Shown piece after piece: positions 1-11,285 of a DNA stretch of 64,000 nucleotides. The translations under genes were made by a program, and so were the position numbers. Source of the stretch: Heteronotia binoei (Eukaryota); contig NC_083237.1 in assembly GCF_032191835.1 (NCBI RefSeq), positions 49,910,001 to 49,974,000 on the forward strand. Direction: 5' to 3'. The stretch's first letter is position 1, and the number at the start of each line of letters is the position of its first letter. The notes beneath the pieces were generated by a model, which saw only the letters and a program-made list of their open reading frames with translations, was not told the origin of the DNA and made no database searches.

Positions 1-78
1 ACGTTTTTGGGGATAGCGAGGATCAGAAGTGTTCGACTCCCGTGTACCCCTGGATGCAAAGGATGAATTCTTGCAACA
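1..78 (+). CDS. HOXB6: HOXB6 exon 1, 3' end (partial; codons start at position 3)
   Basis: Frame 3 reads VFGDSEDQKCSTPVYPWMQRMNSCN(S), the HOXB6 hexapeptide context; GT donor at 79-80 (a|gtgagt), phase 1. Confidence 0.95.
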
Positions 79-1929
79 GTGAGTTCCTCTCGGTTCCCCC
101 CCCCCCCTCGCTCTCTGCACATCTGTCTGTCTGTCTGTCTATCTATCCACTCCCACGCATTTCTTTCTGAACGGGACGCTTCCAAACTCAACTTCCACAC
201 AGAACAACTTGAGGGGGGAGGGAAACTTTTTCCAAAGTTTTCTGCTACTTTTAGAGCCCACTTCTTTAAAAAGGAACGCTTTCCTTTCACGTTTTCAAAC
301 ATTCTTTGTACAGTCCCCCACCCTTTCCCCTCCGGTTTGTCTGTTTCTTCAGCAACTTTGTGCCTCTCCTAAAGAAGGCACGGGGATTATTGATTGACCG
401 GCGCTGTCTTGTAAGCGCAGCGTTGGTTGTCATTCAGCTGGAGTGATTTAGAGACGTGGCTGATGTACTTACACACAGACACACATTCACACACACACAC
501 ACACACACACACGGCAACCGGCATCAGGGAAAGCCACCCAAGGATTGATTTTAATGGATCTAGATTGCCCCCTCCCTACCCCACCCCACATCTACCCCCG
601 GTGCCAATTCGCATCCCAGGGAGGGTGTTCTGTAACCCCAGCCGCTTGAATAATGTCAGAAGGGCTTAAATATTTGAAAGGAGAGAGCTACATTTTTAAT
701 GAAACTCGCGCATAATGAAATGCCTGTCTGTACAGGACTTGCAGATAGTTTCTCTTTCACTCACTCGCTCGCTCATTCATCCCCCCCTCCAGCCCCCCTC
801 CTCCATCTGTGAGCTCCAAGTGCCATGTTTGCCATTAAAATAATGCCCTTTTCTTTTTTAAATAAAAGAAAATAAAAGAAGTAGAAGCATTTCCCCTTCT
901 TTTAATCCCTGCATTTGGATTTATTATTTCTTGCCTTTATATAAAAAGAAAAACGTCCAAAGTGTTGCCCATTGAGCTGTGGGGCTGAAGGGTGGGGAAG
1001 AACTGATACACTTCATTCCAACCCTGGAATGTATTACAGTTAGCAAGAGAGGCGCTTATTCCTTGCAAGCTTTACAAAGCAGAAAAAGAGCGAGGCCAGT
1101 GATGGCTGCAAGGAGTGGAAGCTGAAGTGAAGGTAAAGGCAATTAATAACTTCTGCCGCCCATCTCTGTTCAGATAGAAGTGTACAAAAAAAGAAGCACG
1201 GGGAAGAGAGAGGAAGGTTTTAGACAGTCCCTCAAGACAAAGTCCTGCGAGCTTTTCGCTTAGGACCTAAAAAGGCCACATCAGTTTGGAAACCAAGTCC
1301 CATTGGTTTCTATGACCCATTACGCTCCAGTGTCACTTCGATTTTAGAAGCCATTTACATGGCGGAAGTCGTCTTCATAGTCTGCGCTTCCAGCTGAAGC
1401 GACTGCAGTGCCAGGGCTGTAAGACTTAGGCATCCCGATTCGAACCACGTTCACTCCAGAAGCAAAACTTGCTGTGTCCAGCGGGACCTACTCCCTAGTA
1501 AGAGTGCCTCGAGGTTGCAGCTTCCCATAAACTCCTGTCAGTAGGCTGAAATCCCTGATGGTAAGGGAAGGTGCGAAACAGAGGAGGGATCCCTTTCTTT
1601 AAATTTACTTTAAACAAAAAAACCAGGAGGGCTAGTAAGCTTTTGGGTTACACAGAACTCTTCCTCTGTGAGTCAACAAGCAAAGGTGCAAGGAATCAAT
1701 TGGAAGGGGGATGTTGAATGGCCAAGATTCAGCATTCCACCATGAGGGAGTTGTGGAGGTAGAGTAAGCTGAGCTGTGGAGACTGCTGCCTCGCCACCTG
1801 TGTCCAGGACTCTGTTGGACAACTCCAGCGTTGTCACTGGAGCCAAGGGAAAGGGGTTCTAACTTAGAGGGATGATAACGTCTGGTTTTCCAAATGGCAC
1901 AGAAAGAGGAGTGCATTTGGTCCTGTTGA

Positions 1930-2388
<459 letters not shown>

Positions 2389-3081
2389 GAGAGAGGAGGG
2401 AGAGGGGAGGGGAAGGGAGAAGGAAGGAAGAAAGAAAGCCGGGTGGCAACGGTTTCAGAGGGCTCCAGAGGAAGGGGGGAAGGCACAACCAAGGCACAGG
2501 GAGTTTTTTTCCGGTTAAAATATCCGAGACTCTTATGGAGGTGTTAAGCCCACCTTCCCTTTGCATCCTGTCTGGCAACCAGTCATCTGCCCTGGCCTCT
2601 CCAAGCTTCTAGTCCCTTTTGTTTTTCGGCCCTTTCTATTGGCCCCCCTCCCCCACCACAAATGGATCTCTCTCTGTCTTTTTAACATTGAGTGTCCTCC
2701 TTAGGAATCTGGCTAACTCTTGTATTTAAATGGAAGTGCTGCAATATATGTATCAGATTTTGGGGGTGTTGTCTTCATTTTTGTAAAACGCACACACACA
2801 CACAAGTCTCATGCAAGATTTTACTCCTCTGTTGCTTTTTATATAAAAACAGTTAAGTTAATTAACCCCAAGGTTCTTTGCCATTGAAGAGATTTTTTTA
2901 AAAAAATCTACTGGGGGGAGGAATGGAACTCTTGCTACCGGGGAAAACGTATGGTGCAAACATACCAAGAGGGGTGATTTTTTTTTTGTTACTGTTGTTC
3001 GTTTTATTTTATTACATTTTATTGTACATGTTGTGTTTGTAGTTTGTGTTAGCTATGAAGCTATGAAGATAAGAATCCTCT

Positions 3082-3087
3082 AATAAA
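3082..3087 (+). terminator. Probable HOXB6 polyadenylation signal
   Basis: AATAAA about 700 nt after the stop, after a U-rich 3'UTR and before GT-rich sequence near 3130-3150. Confidence 0.55.
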
Positions 3088-4710
3088 AAAAAAAGCAAAC
3101 AGACTTCTTGAAAATAACACTGGCCACGTTGGTACTTTGGGATGTGTTTTCCTTACCCCCCCCTTCTTCTGAGATATTCAACTTGCACCCGTTGTCTTCC
3201 TGTTAAAAAGAGAAATCCATGCTAGAAGTTCTTCTCCTAACCTGATCAAACAAGCAATTCTTTCAGCTCGACAGAAGTTAAGAGATGAAAGATAAATTTG
3301 GTCTCTCCCTCCTTTCAGCTTTTTAGCCTAACTTTAAATGAAAGACCTTTTCACCAGGAGTATCTCCAGAAGTGACATTTAACTTTAATATGGATCTTTT
3401 TTTATTGTTACAGCACAAAAGAGTTATGAAGGGGGGGAGAACTCACATCTGTAATAAATCAAAGAAACAAGCAAAACGGCGTGCCCCCTCCCCATCATAC
3501 ATCTGCTAAAAGATACCAAACATTTGTTTAGCCTGTTTCAAACGCTTGACCCCCCTCCTCTGATTCTGCTCACCCCCAAATCAAATTAAAATGAGAACCA
3601 CAACCTATTCATTCTTTTCCTATTCAGAGCTAAAGGTTATTCCAGCCAGGAAATAAATGGATAATTTAAATACAGCTAGACTCTTTCAAATAGCAATTTT
3701 TTAAATGTACAGCCATTCAAATCTTTCTCTCCTTCACCCTCCTCTGTCTCTGTCTCCTTCCTTCCTTCTTTCCTTCCTTCCTCTCTCTGCTTTTTCGTGT
3801 CTGAACAAAGAGCGTTTTGCAGAGGTCTCTTCTCCCAATACCAACATGATCTTCAGCATGCTTTAGAATAATATCATTTTTGTGCCAGTTATCCTTGCCC
3901 CTCCTTCTATAGGGGCCAGCCGCCTGCAAATAATTCTGACCTGCTATTTTATGCCCAGATCTTCTGAAATGTGTTTTTAATTAGCTAAAAGAGGTGAAGA
4001 TGCTAAAAAGAATGAGTTGGTCTTTTGCTGCAGCCGCCCCAAGTACACAGGTATTGATACATCCTGGCTTCCTCCCCTCCCCACCTTCTGTTTTAATGAC
4101 AGCCACTTTTAAAATCAATTGCTGAAGAAGTTTCCCAGCTGCAGGACACACTTATTCCTATTGCTACTCTTTTCATTGCCCGTAATTATTATAATTATAT
4201 GTCACGTTCAAAATGGCTCATAAAAATTACCAATGAATTGCAGGCGGAATTTTGGAAATCCCTGAACTAACTTGAAATAAGAAGTCGAGGAGGTGGGGGG
4301 ATATGCTTCAAGCGCAGAACAAAAGCAAAAGGTTTGGATCAATCTGGTCCCAATTTTTTTTGCAAGGAATTACTGCTTACCACATGTTTATTTCGAGTTC
4401 CCTTGAAGGGTGAATACTTGAATACTCCTTTCTTTTGTACCAGAACCAGCCCCCCCCCCCCCCCCCCGACAGATTTTCAGTTTCCCCACACACGATTTCT
4501 GGCACTTGTGAGTAAATCCATCGAGCTTTGAGATCTGAAGGGGGCTGATTCTTTACCTTCTGATATGTACACAATAAAGGTACTGGAATTATGATAGTGG
4601 TGGTGGTGGTGATAATAATGATGATAATATTATTTGTAACAATTTAGGTTTATGCTATTTTTGAGAGTCAAGTCATCTTCAGTTACAGCAGGAAAGCATG
4701 AGGGGAAGAA

Positions 4711-4790
4711 GGAAAGGAAAGGAAAGGAAAGGAAAGGAAAGGAAAGGAAAGGAAAGGAAAGGAAAGGAAAGGAAAGGAAAGGAAAGGAAA
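4711..4790. repeat. (GGAAA)16 microsatellite
   Basis: Perfect pentamer array read directly. Confidence 0.98.
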
Positions 4791-5309
4791 TTGGCTTCCC
4801 AGTTTTCATCAGGATGGAGTCTCTCTTCGACGGCAGCTTGTCTAATAGCAACGCTATAAAAGTTTTGGAATGATAGTGTACTGCTCACGAGTAGTAGTAG
4901 TGGTGGTAATAAGAATCTGGTATTACAAGTGGTGCTAGTAGTAGTAATGCTAACAGTGTAATCCGCAAAGAGCACCAATATTGAGGCAAGCTCGATGCTG
5001 GATTTGAGGGACACGTCCTGTTCATAAAAGACAGAAAGAAAGGAACACGGAGATAAACCAACAAAAAGGATATGAAACATATTTTAAAGGAGAAAAGTTT
5101 TATTTCAATACAAGATAGAAAGAACACAGAAGGAGATCGCTTTGCTATTTTTTTTTTAAAAAAAGGGTGGGCGAGCTAACCTCCATGCCTGCTAACTCTT
5201 CCTTTCCCCAGTAGGTGGCGCAGTCCGCCAACAAGGAGCAACCTCGGGTTTTTCTGCTTCCTCCCCCCCCTCGCGTTTCCTCCCCCTTTTGGAAGCCGCA
5301 TTGACATGG

Positions 5310-5576
5310 GCCTAACGATTCTCGGATCGTCATTATTTGTAACCATAGAGCATGAATTGCCTCTTGAGGTCATCAGTGAGAATTTACGACTGGTCAACAA
5401 AAGCACGTGATTCCCAAACGCACCCCCCACCCCACCCCCATATTTGGCCGCATACATAGCAAAAACGAAGTACAGTGCATCGCTATAATTCATTAATACA
5501 TCATAAATCCTCAAGCACAGGGGTTATAACGACCACGAGCCCCACAAATCAAGCCCCTCCAAAAATACGACCCCAA
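5310..5576 (+). promoter_or_regulatory. HOXB5 proximal promoter / 5'UTR conserved block
   Basis: Directly upstream of the HOXB5 ATG; contains TTTACGA (5383-5389), E-box CACGTG (5404-5409) and a TAATTCATTAAT homeodomain-site cluster; resembles the paralogue-group-5 leader as recalled. Confidence 0.75.
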
Positions 5577-6237
5577 ATGAGTTCTTACTTTGTAAACTCG
5601 TTCTCAGGACGCTATCCTAATGCCCCCGACTACCAGCTGCTAAATTATGGGACCAGCAGTTCCATGAACGGATCTTATAGAGATCCCGGCAACATGCACG
5701 CCGGCTCTTACGGTGGATACAACTACAATGGGATGGATCTGAGCATCAGCCGCGCCGCCTCTGCCTCCAGCCACTTTGGAGCGGTGGCCGAGAGCTCGCG
5801 CGCCTTCCCCAGCCAAGCCCCGCCAGAGAGCCGTTTCCGCCAGGCGTCGAGTTGCTCCTTGTCCTCCCCCGACTCCCTCCCTTGCTCCAGCACCAGCACC
5901 AGCGGCGGCAAGAACAACAGCAGCGGCAACGGCGGCGGCGGAGGCAACGGCGAGAGCCATGGAGGCAAAGGCGCCTCCTCCGCTTCTTCCCCCGCCGAAC
6001 AGGCTCAGGCGGCTGCCGCTGCAGCTGCCGCTGCCGCCGCCGCCTCCGCCGGCGCCGCTTTCGCCGAGTTAGACGAGACCAGCGCGTCCTCGGGCCCCGA
6101 GGAGAGCGGCTCGCAGGTCGCCAGCAACGTCGCCCGGGCTCCGACGGACTCCATCGCCGCCGCCGCCACTACGCCGGCCCCCGAAGGACAGAGCCCGCAG
6201 ATCTTCCCCTGGATGCGGAAACTTCACATTAGCCATG
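5577..6237 (+). CDS. HOXB5: HOXB5 exon 1
   Basis: [25 protein letters not shown]...[17 protein letters not shown]; GT donor at 6238-6239, phase 1. Confidence 0.97.
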
Positions 6238-6662
6238 GTACCCGGCGCCTCTTTCTTGCTTGCTGTCTCTCTTTCTTGCTCTCTCTTTTTTCTCTCCCCC
6301 CCCCCCTTATTGTAATTTTTTTTTTTGGTCTTTCGCGGTTGCATGGAGGGGGGGGGGCGACGTACAGATCTGAGAGGAGACAGAGGCGAACAGGGCAGAT
6401 TGGGGAGGGGGGAAGGAGGGGAGAGGGGAATAGAAACACAATCGCTGGGGCCAGTCTTTTTCTTCTTCTCCTTCTTTTGGCCAGGGATCTGTGTTGCTTC
6501 CCTTCCGGTGGCAAGCAGAAAGTGTTTTGGAAAGAATTTATTTTTATTTTATTTTTTAAAAAACAATGCTTGACTCGAAAGGTTTTCTTATTCGAAGGGA
6601 GTTTCTCCCCCCTCCCCACTTCCTCTTAAAAAAGAGATAACATGAAGTGGAGAGACAGGAGG

Positions 6663-6663
<1 letters not shown>

Positions 6664-6711
<48 letters not shown>
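6664..6711. repeat. (AAT)16 microsatellite in HOXB5 intron
   Basis: Perfect trimer array. Confidence 0.97.
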
Positions 6712-6712
<1 letters not shown>

Positions 6713-7229
6713 GACGCTTTTCCAATAATAGGTGTCAAAGAAGAGGAAAGACGTTAGACGAGCTTATTAATTTAAAAAAAATGTATTTATATTTTTGTTT
6801 ACAACAGAGAGACGGGGCTGTCACATAGTTTAAGGCGGGGATGGTGGCAAACTCTTTTCGCCTCCCCATCCCCCACTCTGAAATGGAAGACAGCATTTCA
6901 AAGGAGGGTGTTGAGTTGCCCAGTTTAAAGGGCGGCGTGGGTGGGGGGGGGGAGGAATGGATATCGACCGGCTTAACACGCCGGTGTGAAGCCCATGGAG
7001 CCGACAGCAAGCGCCAGGGATTTCTCTGGGGCTTGGTCCCAAAGAAATGTGGCAGGGATCAAGGAGTGGCGGGGAGACACAGTGACAGGATGTGGGGAAA
7101 GGCACGCAGCTATGGCAGGGACGTGCTGACCATCTCTCCCCCCTGTCCCTCTGTCTGCTCTTCTGTCTAGACCCACGTAGATCCTTAACTGTATAGACAG
7201 GAGTTTTCAGACTTTAAAAGGGGGCTAAT

Positions 7230-7319
7230 GCTGCCATCTTGCGTTCTCTTACTTGGGAGTAAGGACCGTGGCACGGAGTGGGGCTTACTTCCGAGTAAAA
7301 CATGAACAGGCTCTGACTG
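7230..7319. mobile_element. Degenerate short palindromic MITE-like repeat in HOXB5 intron
   Basis: Internal inverted repeat ACTTGGGAGTAAG / CTTACTTCCGAGT; similar to copies at 58365-58456 and 59101-59183. Confidence 0.45.
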
Positions 7320-7421
7320 TAGATAGGAGAAACTTATTTGGGGATCTGGGGAATGTAATGAAGGTGGGGGTGGGAAGATAAGAGAGCCAGGCTGGCAGAT
7401 CCGGGCTGGCCATAAAATTAG

Positions 7422-7904
<483 letters not shown>

Positions 7905-9999
7905 ATTATACCGAGGAGGGCATATGAAGGCTATGAGAAGGTGGAGAACGGGGGGTGGGGGGAGAGGAAGGACGAGGGGAAAGCAAAAGCGAGCAAAAGT
8001 TTCCGACAAAAGAAGCAAAACAGCCACTGGGTTTTTAAAATATATATATAATTCCGAGCACTGCGAAGTGAAGCACTTTCCATTCAGTTTGCTGTTGGTT
8101 TGTTTTCTGGTTAGGTTTCGAAGGAAGCCCCTCCTGTGGTGCGATCCCTCCCAGGACCGTGTCCTTTGCTGCGATTTCCCCGCCCCCCCTTTAAATTAAG
8201 AAAAAAAGGAAGAATAATAATAATAAAGTTATTTCCAGAGGCTTCTTTAATGATCTAAGTGTTCTAAATGTTTGTGTCCGTGTTGATAAATGATGCTTTC
8301 TGGGGGAGGGAGGGGGAAAAAAAAGCTAGCATGTTTGTTTTTTTAATTTTGTTTTGTTCTTTTTTTTTTTTTACAAAAGAAATGTGCGATCTTTAAATGT
8401 TATAACTTATTTATAATGTGCTGAGGAAGTGGACAGAGGGGTTCTTCTTTTCCAAAGCTGAGCGCTTTTTGGAGAGAATCCGACCTCTTTTCCTTTTTTC
8501 CCCCCCAGTCGGGGCACCCCGTCCTTCAAGAGGAGGGGTGGAATTAAAAAAATAAAATAAAATAAAAAAAATCAACCACAAAAAATGTTTTGAAACATTT
8601 ACAGTATATCTCTATATAAGCTCATGTATCTTTCTGTCTTTGGAAGTGTCAAGTCTGTGATTCGGTCCATATCGCTGGCCTCTCTTGGCTCTCAGGCCCG
8701 TGCTGAGACTTTTTTCTTTCTTTCTTTCAATGTGGGTGAAGTTCACTTTAAAAAGGGTATCTACGATTGGACCAACCATAGTATGTTGAAATAATGTTTG
8801 TAAATACTAGACATATTTCTGCGGTGACTCATAGGAAGTTTTAGTGGGCAGGGTGAATTCCGTGTTCTGTGTCTCTGAAATGGCATTTGTCCCGTCTAGC
8901 TGCCTGTTTCTCATCTTTGCCAAGACGCTTTTTCGTATGCATTGTAGCCTTAACTTGAAGTCAAATAAACGTTGCTCCTGGCCAGGAAAAAAAATACCAC
9001 AACCTCACACCTTCTTTTGTGTTTTCTTTATACCACACCGCTAGAAAGTCGCAACAACGAGGTCACCCCCCCCCCCCTTCTCACGAGCTCTTCCTAAACC
9101 ACAGAAAGTCGTGTCTTCACACGATGCCCGCCAGGTTCACTTAAAGTCCTTTCTCTGACCTTCCAAAATCCACTTCAGACGTTGTTGCTGTCCCGCAAGG
9201 GGGGGGGGGACAACTCCGAGAATAAGAAAAAGGAAGCAAGACCCTTCCTTCTGTTCCCAAACTTCGCTTCCTTCCTTTACACCCCGACCCTGACCCATGT
9301 TTACTCGACAATCAGTCCCCATTTGTTTCAATGGCACTTAACTTCCACGTCCCCTCGCTTACCACTTCAATCTTGAAAGAGCCATAAAGTAAAGCTATTG
9401 GGAGGGGGAAGGGGAAGTTTATCTTAACGTGGAACAAAAATGCATTCTGAGTTTGCAGAGCTAAGTTATCACACGCTGTCTTAGATGGCAGAATCCTTTT
9501 ATATGGAGCTCTTCAGGCACACGCAAACGCAGACATATGGATAGGTAACAGGGCGCAGATATGTTCCACCGAACATGAAAACCGCAGCTGCCTTAATTTA
9601 AGTTTCGCTTTCAATATAGACAATTTCAAACACCTTTCTCTCCCCCCCACCACTCCCCCCAAGACTTCTTGTTCTACTAAGGAGGGCTCCCATCTCTGCT
9701 GCCCACCACCAAAGAGCCCCCAGTAAGCAATCGCTTCGGATACTCTTAACAATGCTAACTTTAGAGCCGTCTGTCCCGTAGGAAGTAAAAGGAGTCTTGT
9801 ATAAACTTACCCCAAAAACTCTTTAGTTACTTCTGAAATGGTTTGGAGAGGGATGGGACGCCAGTTGTCATTTTCCAAAAACACAACCCCATTTCCTCGC
9901 CTTCCCTCGAATACACACCCAGAGACACGCACGCACACACGCATATATTTTACCCACACCCAAAGTTAAGTAAGTATACCAAAAGTAGCTGTGACATTA

Positions 10000-10185
10000 A
10001 GATGTCAAATGGATAGGGTTTTATCTAGAAGTTAGATCGTAAAAATCGCCGAGACCTCAGCCAGATACCCCTTACTGGCTCTCAAAAGTCACGTGAGGTC
10101 CATAAAGTTAGTTTTATGGTTTTGGGGAGTTGACAATGTACAATATATTTCACATTCTCTAGAATGTTAAGTGACATTTTAACGG
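10000..10185. promoter_or_regulatory. Candidate conserved non-coding element 3' of HOXB5 (E-box plus Cdx/Hox sites)
   Basis: TCGTAAAA near 10037, CACGTG at 10090-10095, inverted pair CCATAAA (10100-10106) / TTTATGG (10113-10119); resembles a block I recall from Hox5-Hox4 intervals. Confidence 0.65.
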
Positions 10186-11083
10186 CCTGCTCTGGCTTGG
10201 AAGGGGGCAGACATGGGAGCGGGCTGTTCCAGGCGAGAGAAAGCCTTCTCCATAGCTGGGAGGAGGAAGCCATGGACGGTGCCGTGTTTACTCCAAAGAG
10301 GACTTAGAAGCGGGCTAGCCTTAAAAGAAGTAAGTTTCTCTTGAAATGCTGTCTGCTTAAATGACTTTTAAAGGGCTAAATGGCTACAGAGTGGGAGGAG
10401 GCGGGGGGAGCGGGGTGGGGAGAGAGGAGGGTGAAGGGAAAGGCGTTGCGTCTCCAAGTTTCTTCTCTCAAGGAACTCCCTGAGATCTAAATCGCCCAGG
10501 CCCCAGGTCTACCCTAGAGTGGCCCACGAGATTTCTGCTGCTGTTGTTTTTAGATTAAAGCGTAAATTCGACAGAAGAAAGGAAATGAATCCATCGAGAT
10601 GAATGGTGATACCATTGCTGCAGAATGCTGAGGGGTTTTTTTCCCTTGCTTGGGAGGGGTGCACCTATATGTCAACCGATTCACCCTGGGCAGCTTTTGG
10701 AGGGGCGCTCTGTTCTCGGGGGTCTGTTGAAGTCGAAGAACTGGATCACATCAGAGTTCAGAGGACTGATTTGCTGGCTTGGGGGGAGGGGTTGCACGGA
10801 CTATAAGCAAAATACAGGTTTTCAAGGGCCGCTTGAGGGGTTTTTTTTCCCTTCCTGGGGGTGGTCAGTTTCCTGAATGGATTCCATCCATTCCTCTAAT
10901 CCTCCTCTTTGTATCCCGCAAGATTTAAAAAAAAAAAACATGTGGAGAAACTTGCTTCCCCCCCCCCCCCCTTATCTTCCTTTAAACTTCCATCTGACAT
11001 CACTATTCAATATATTTCTAGCTATTCACTTGTTGCTGTTTTCCACCAGCACAATCTGCCAGGTAAGAAAGTCCTCTTGGAAA

Positions 11084-11285
11084 GCAGAACAGAGCAAGAC
11101 TCCAGTGGCACTTTAAAAACTGTGTGGTAGGGTGTAAGTTTTCGTCAGGCACTGCTCACTTCTTCAGATCAGTGACTCAGGAAAGCTCCTTCCCTGTCAC
11201 AAATTTTGTTAGTCTTTCAGGTGCAACTGGATTCTTGCTCTTTCTGCGGCTACAGACAGACAAACACGGCTACCAACCTTGATCT
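11084..11285. mobile_element. Penelope-like element terminal fragments in inverted arrangement
   Basis: Left arm GAGCAAGACTCCAGTGGCAC...CTTCTTCAGATC; right arm is the reverse complement of the same repeat family seen at 57034-57345; decayed hammerhead-like core. Confidence 0.65.

Noticed and set aside
5640-6232. Overlapping antisense and alternative-frame ORFs over HOXB5 exon 1, including a possible HOXB-AS3-like peptide
   Set aside because: Low-complexity shadow frames of GC-rich triplet sequence; no recognisable homology or splice support.
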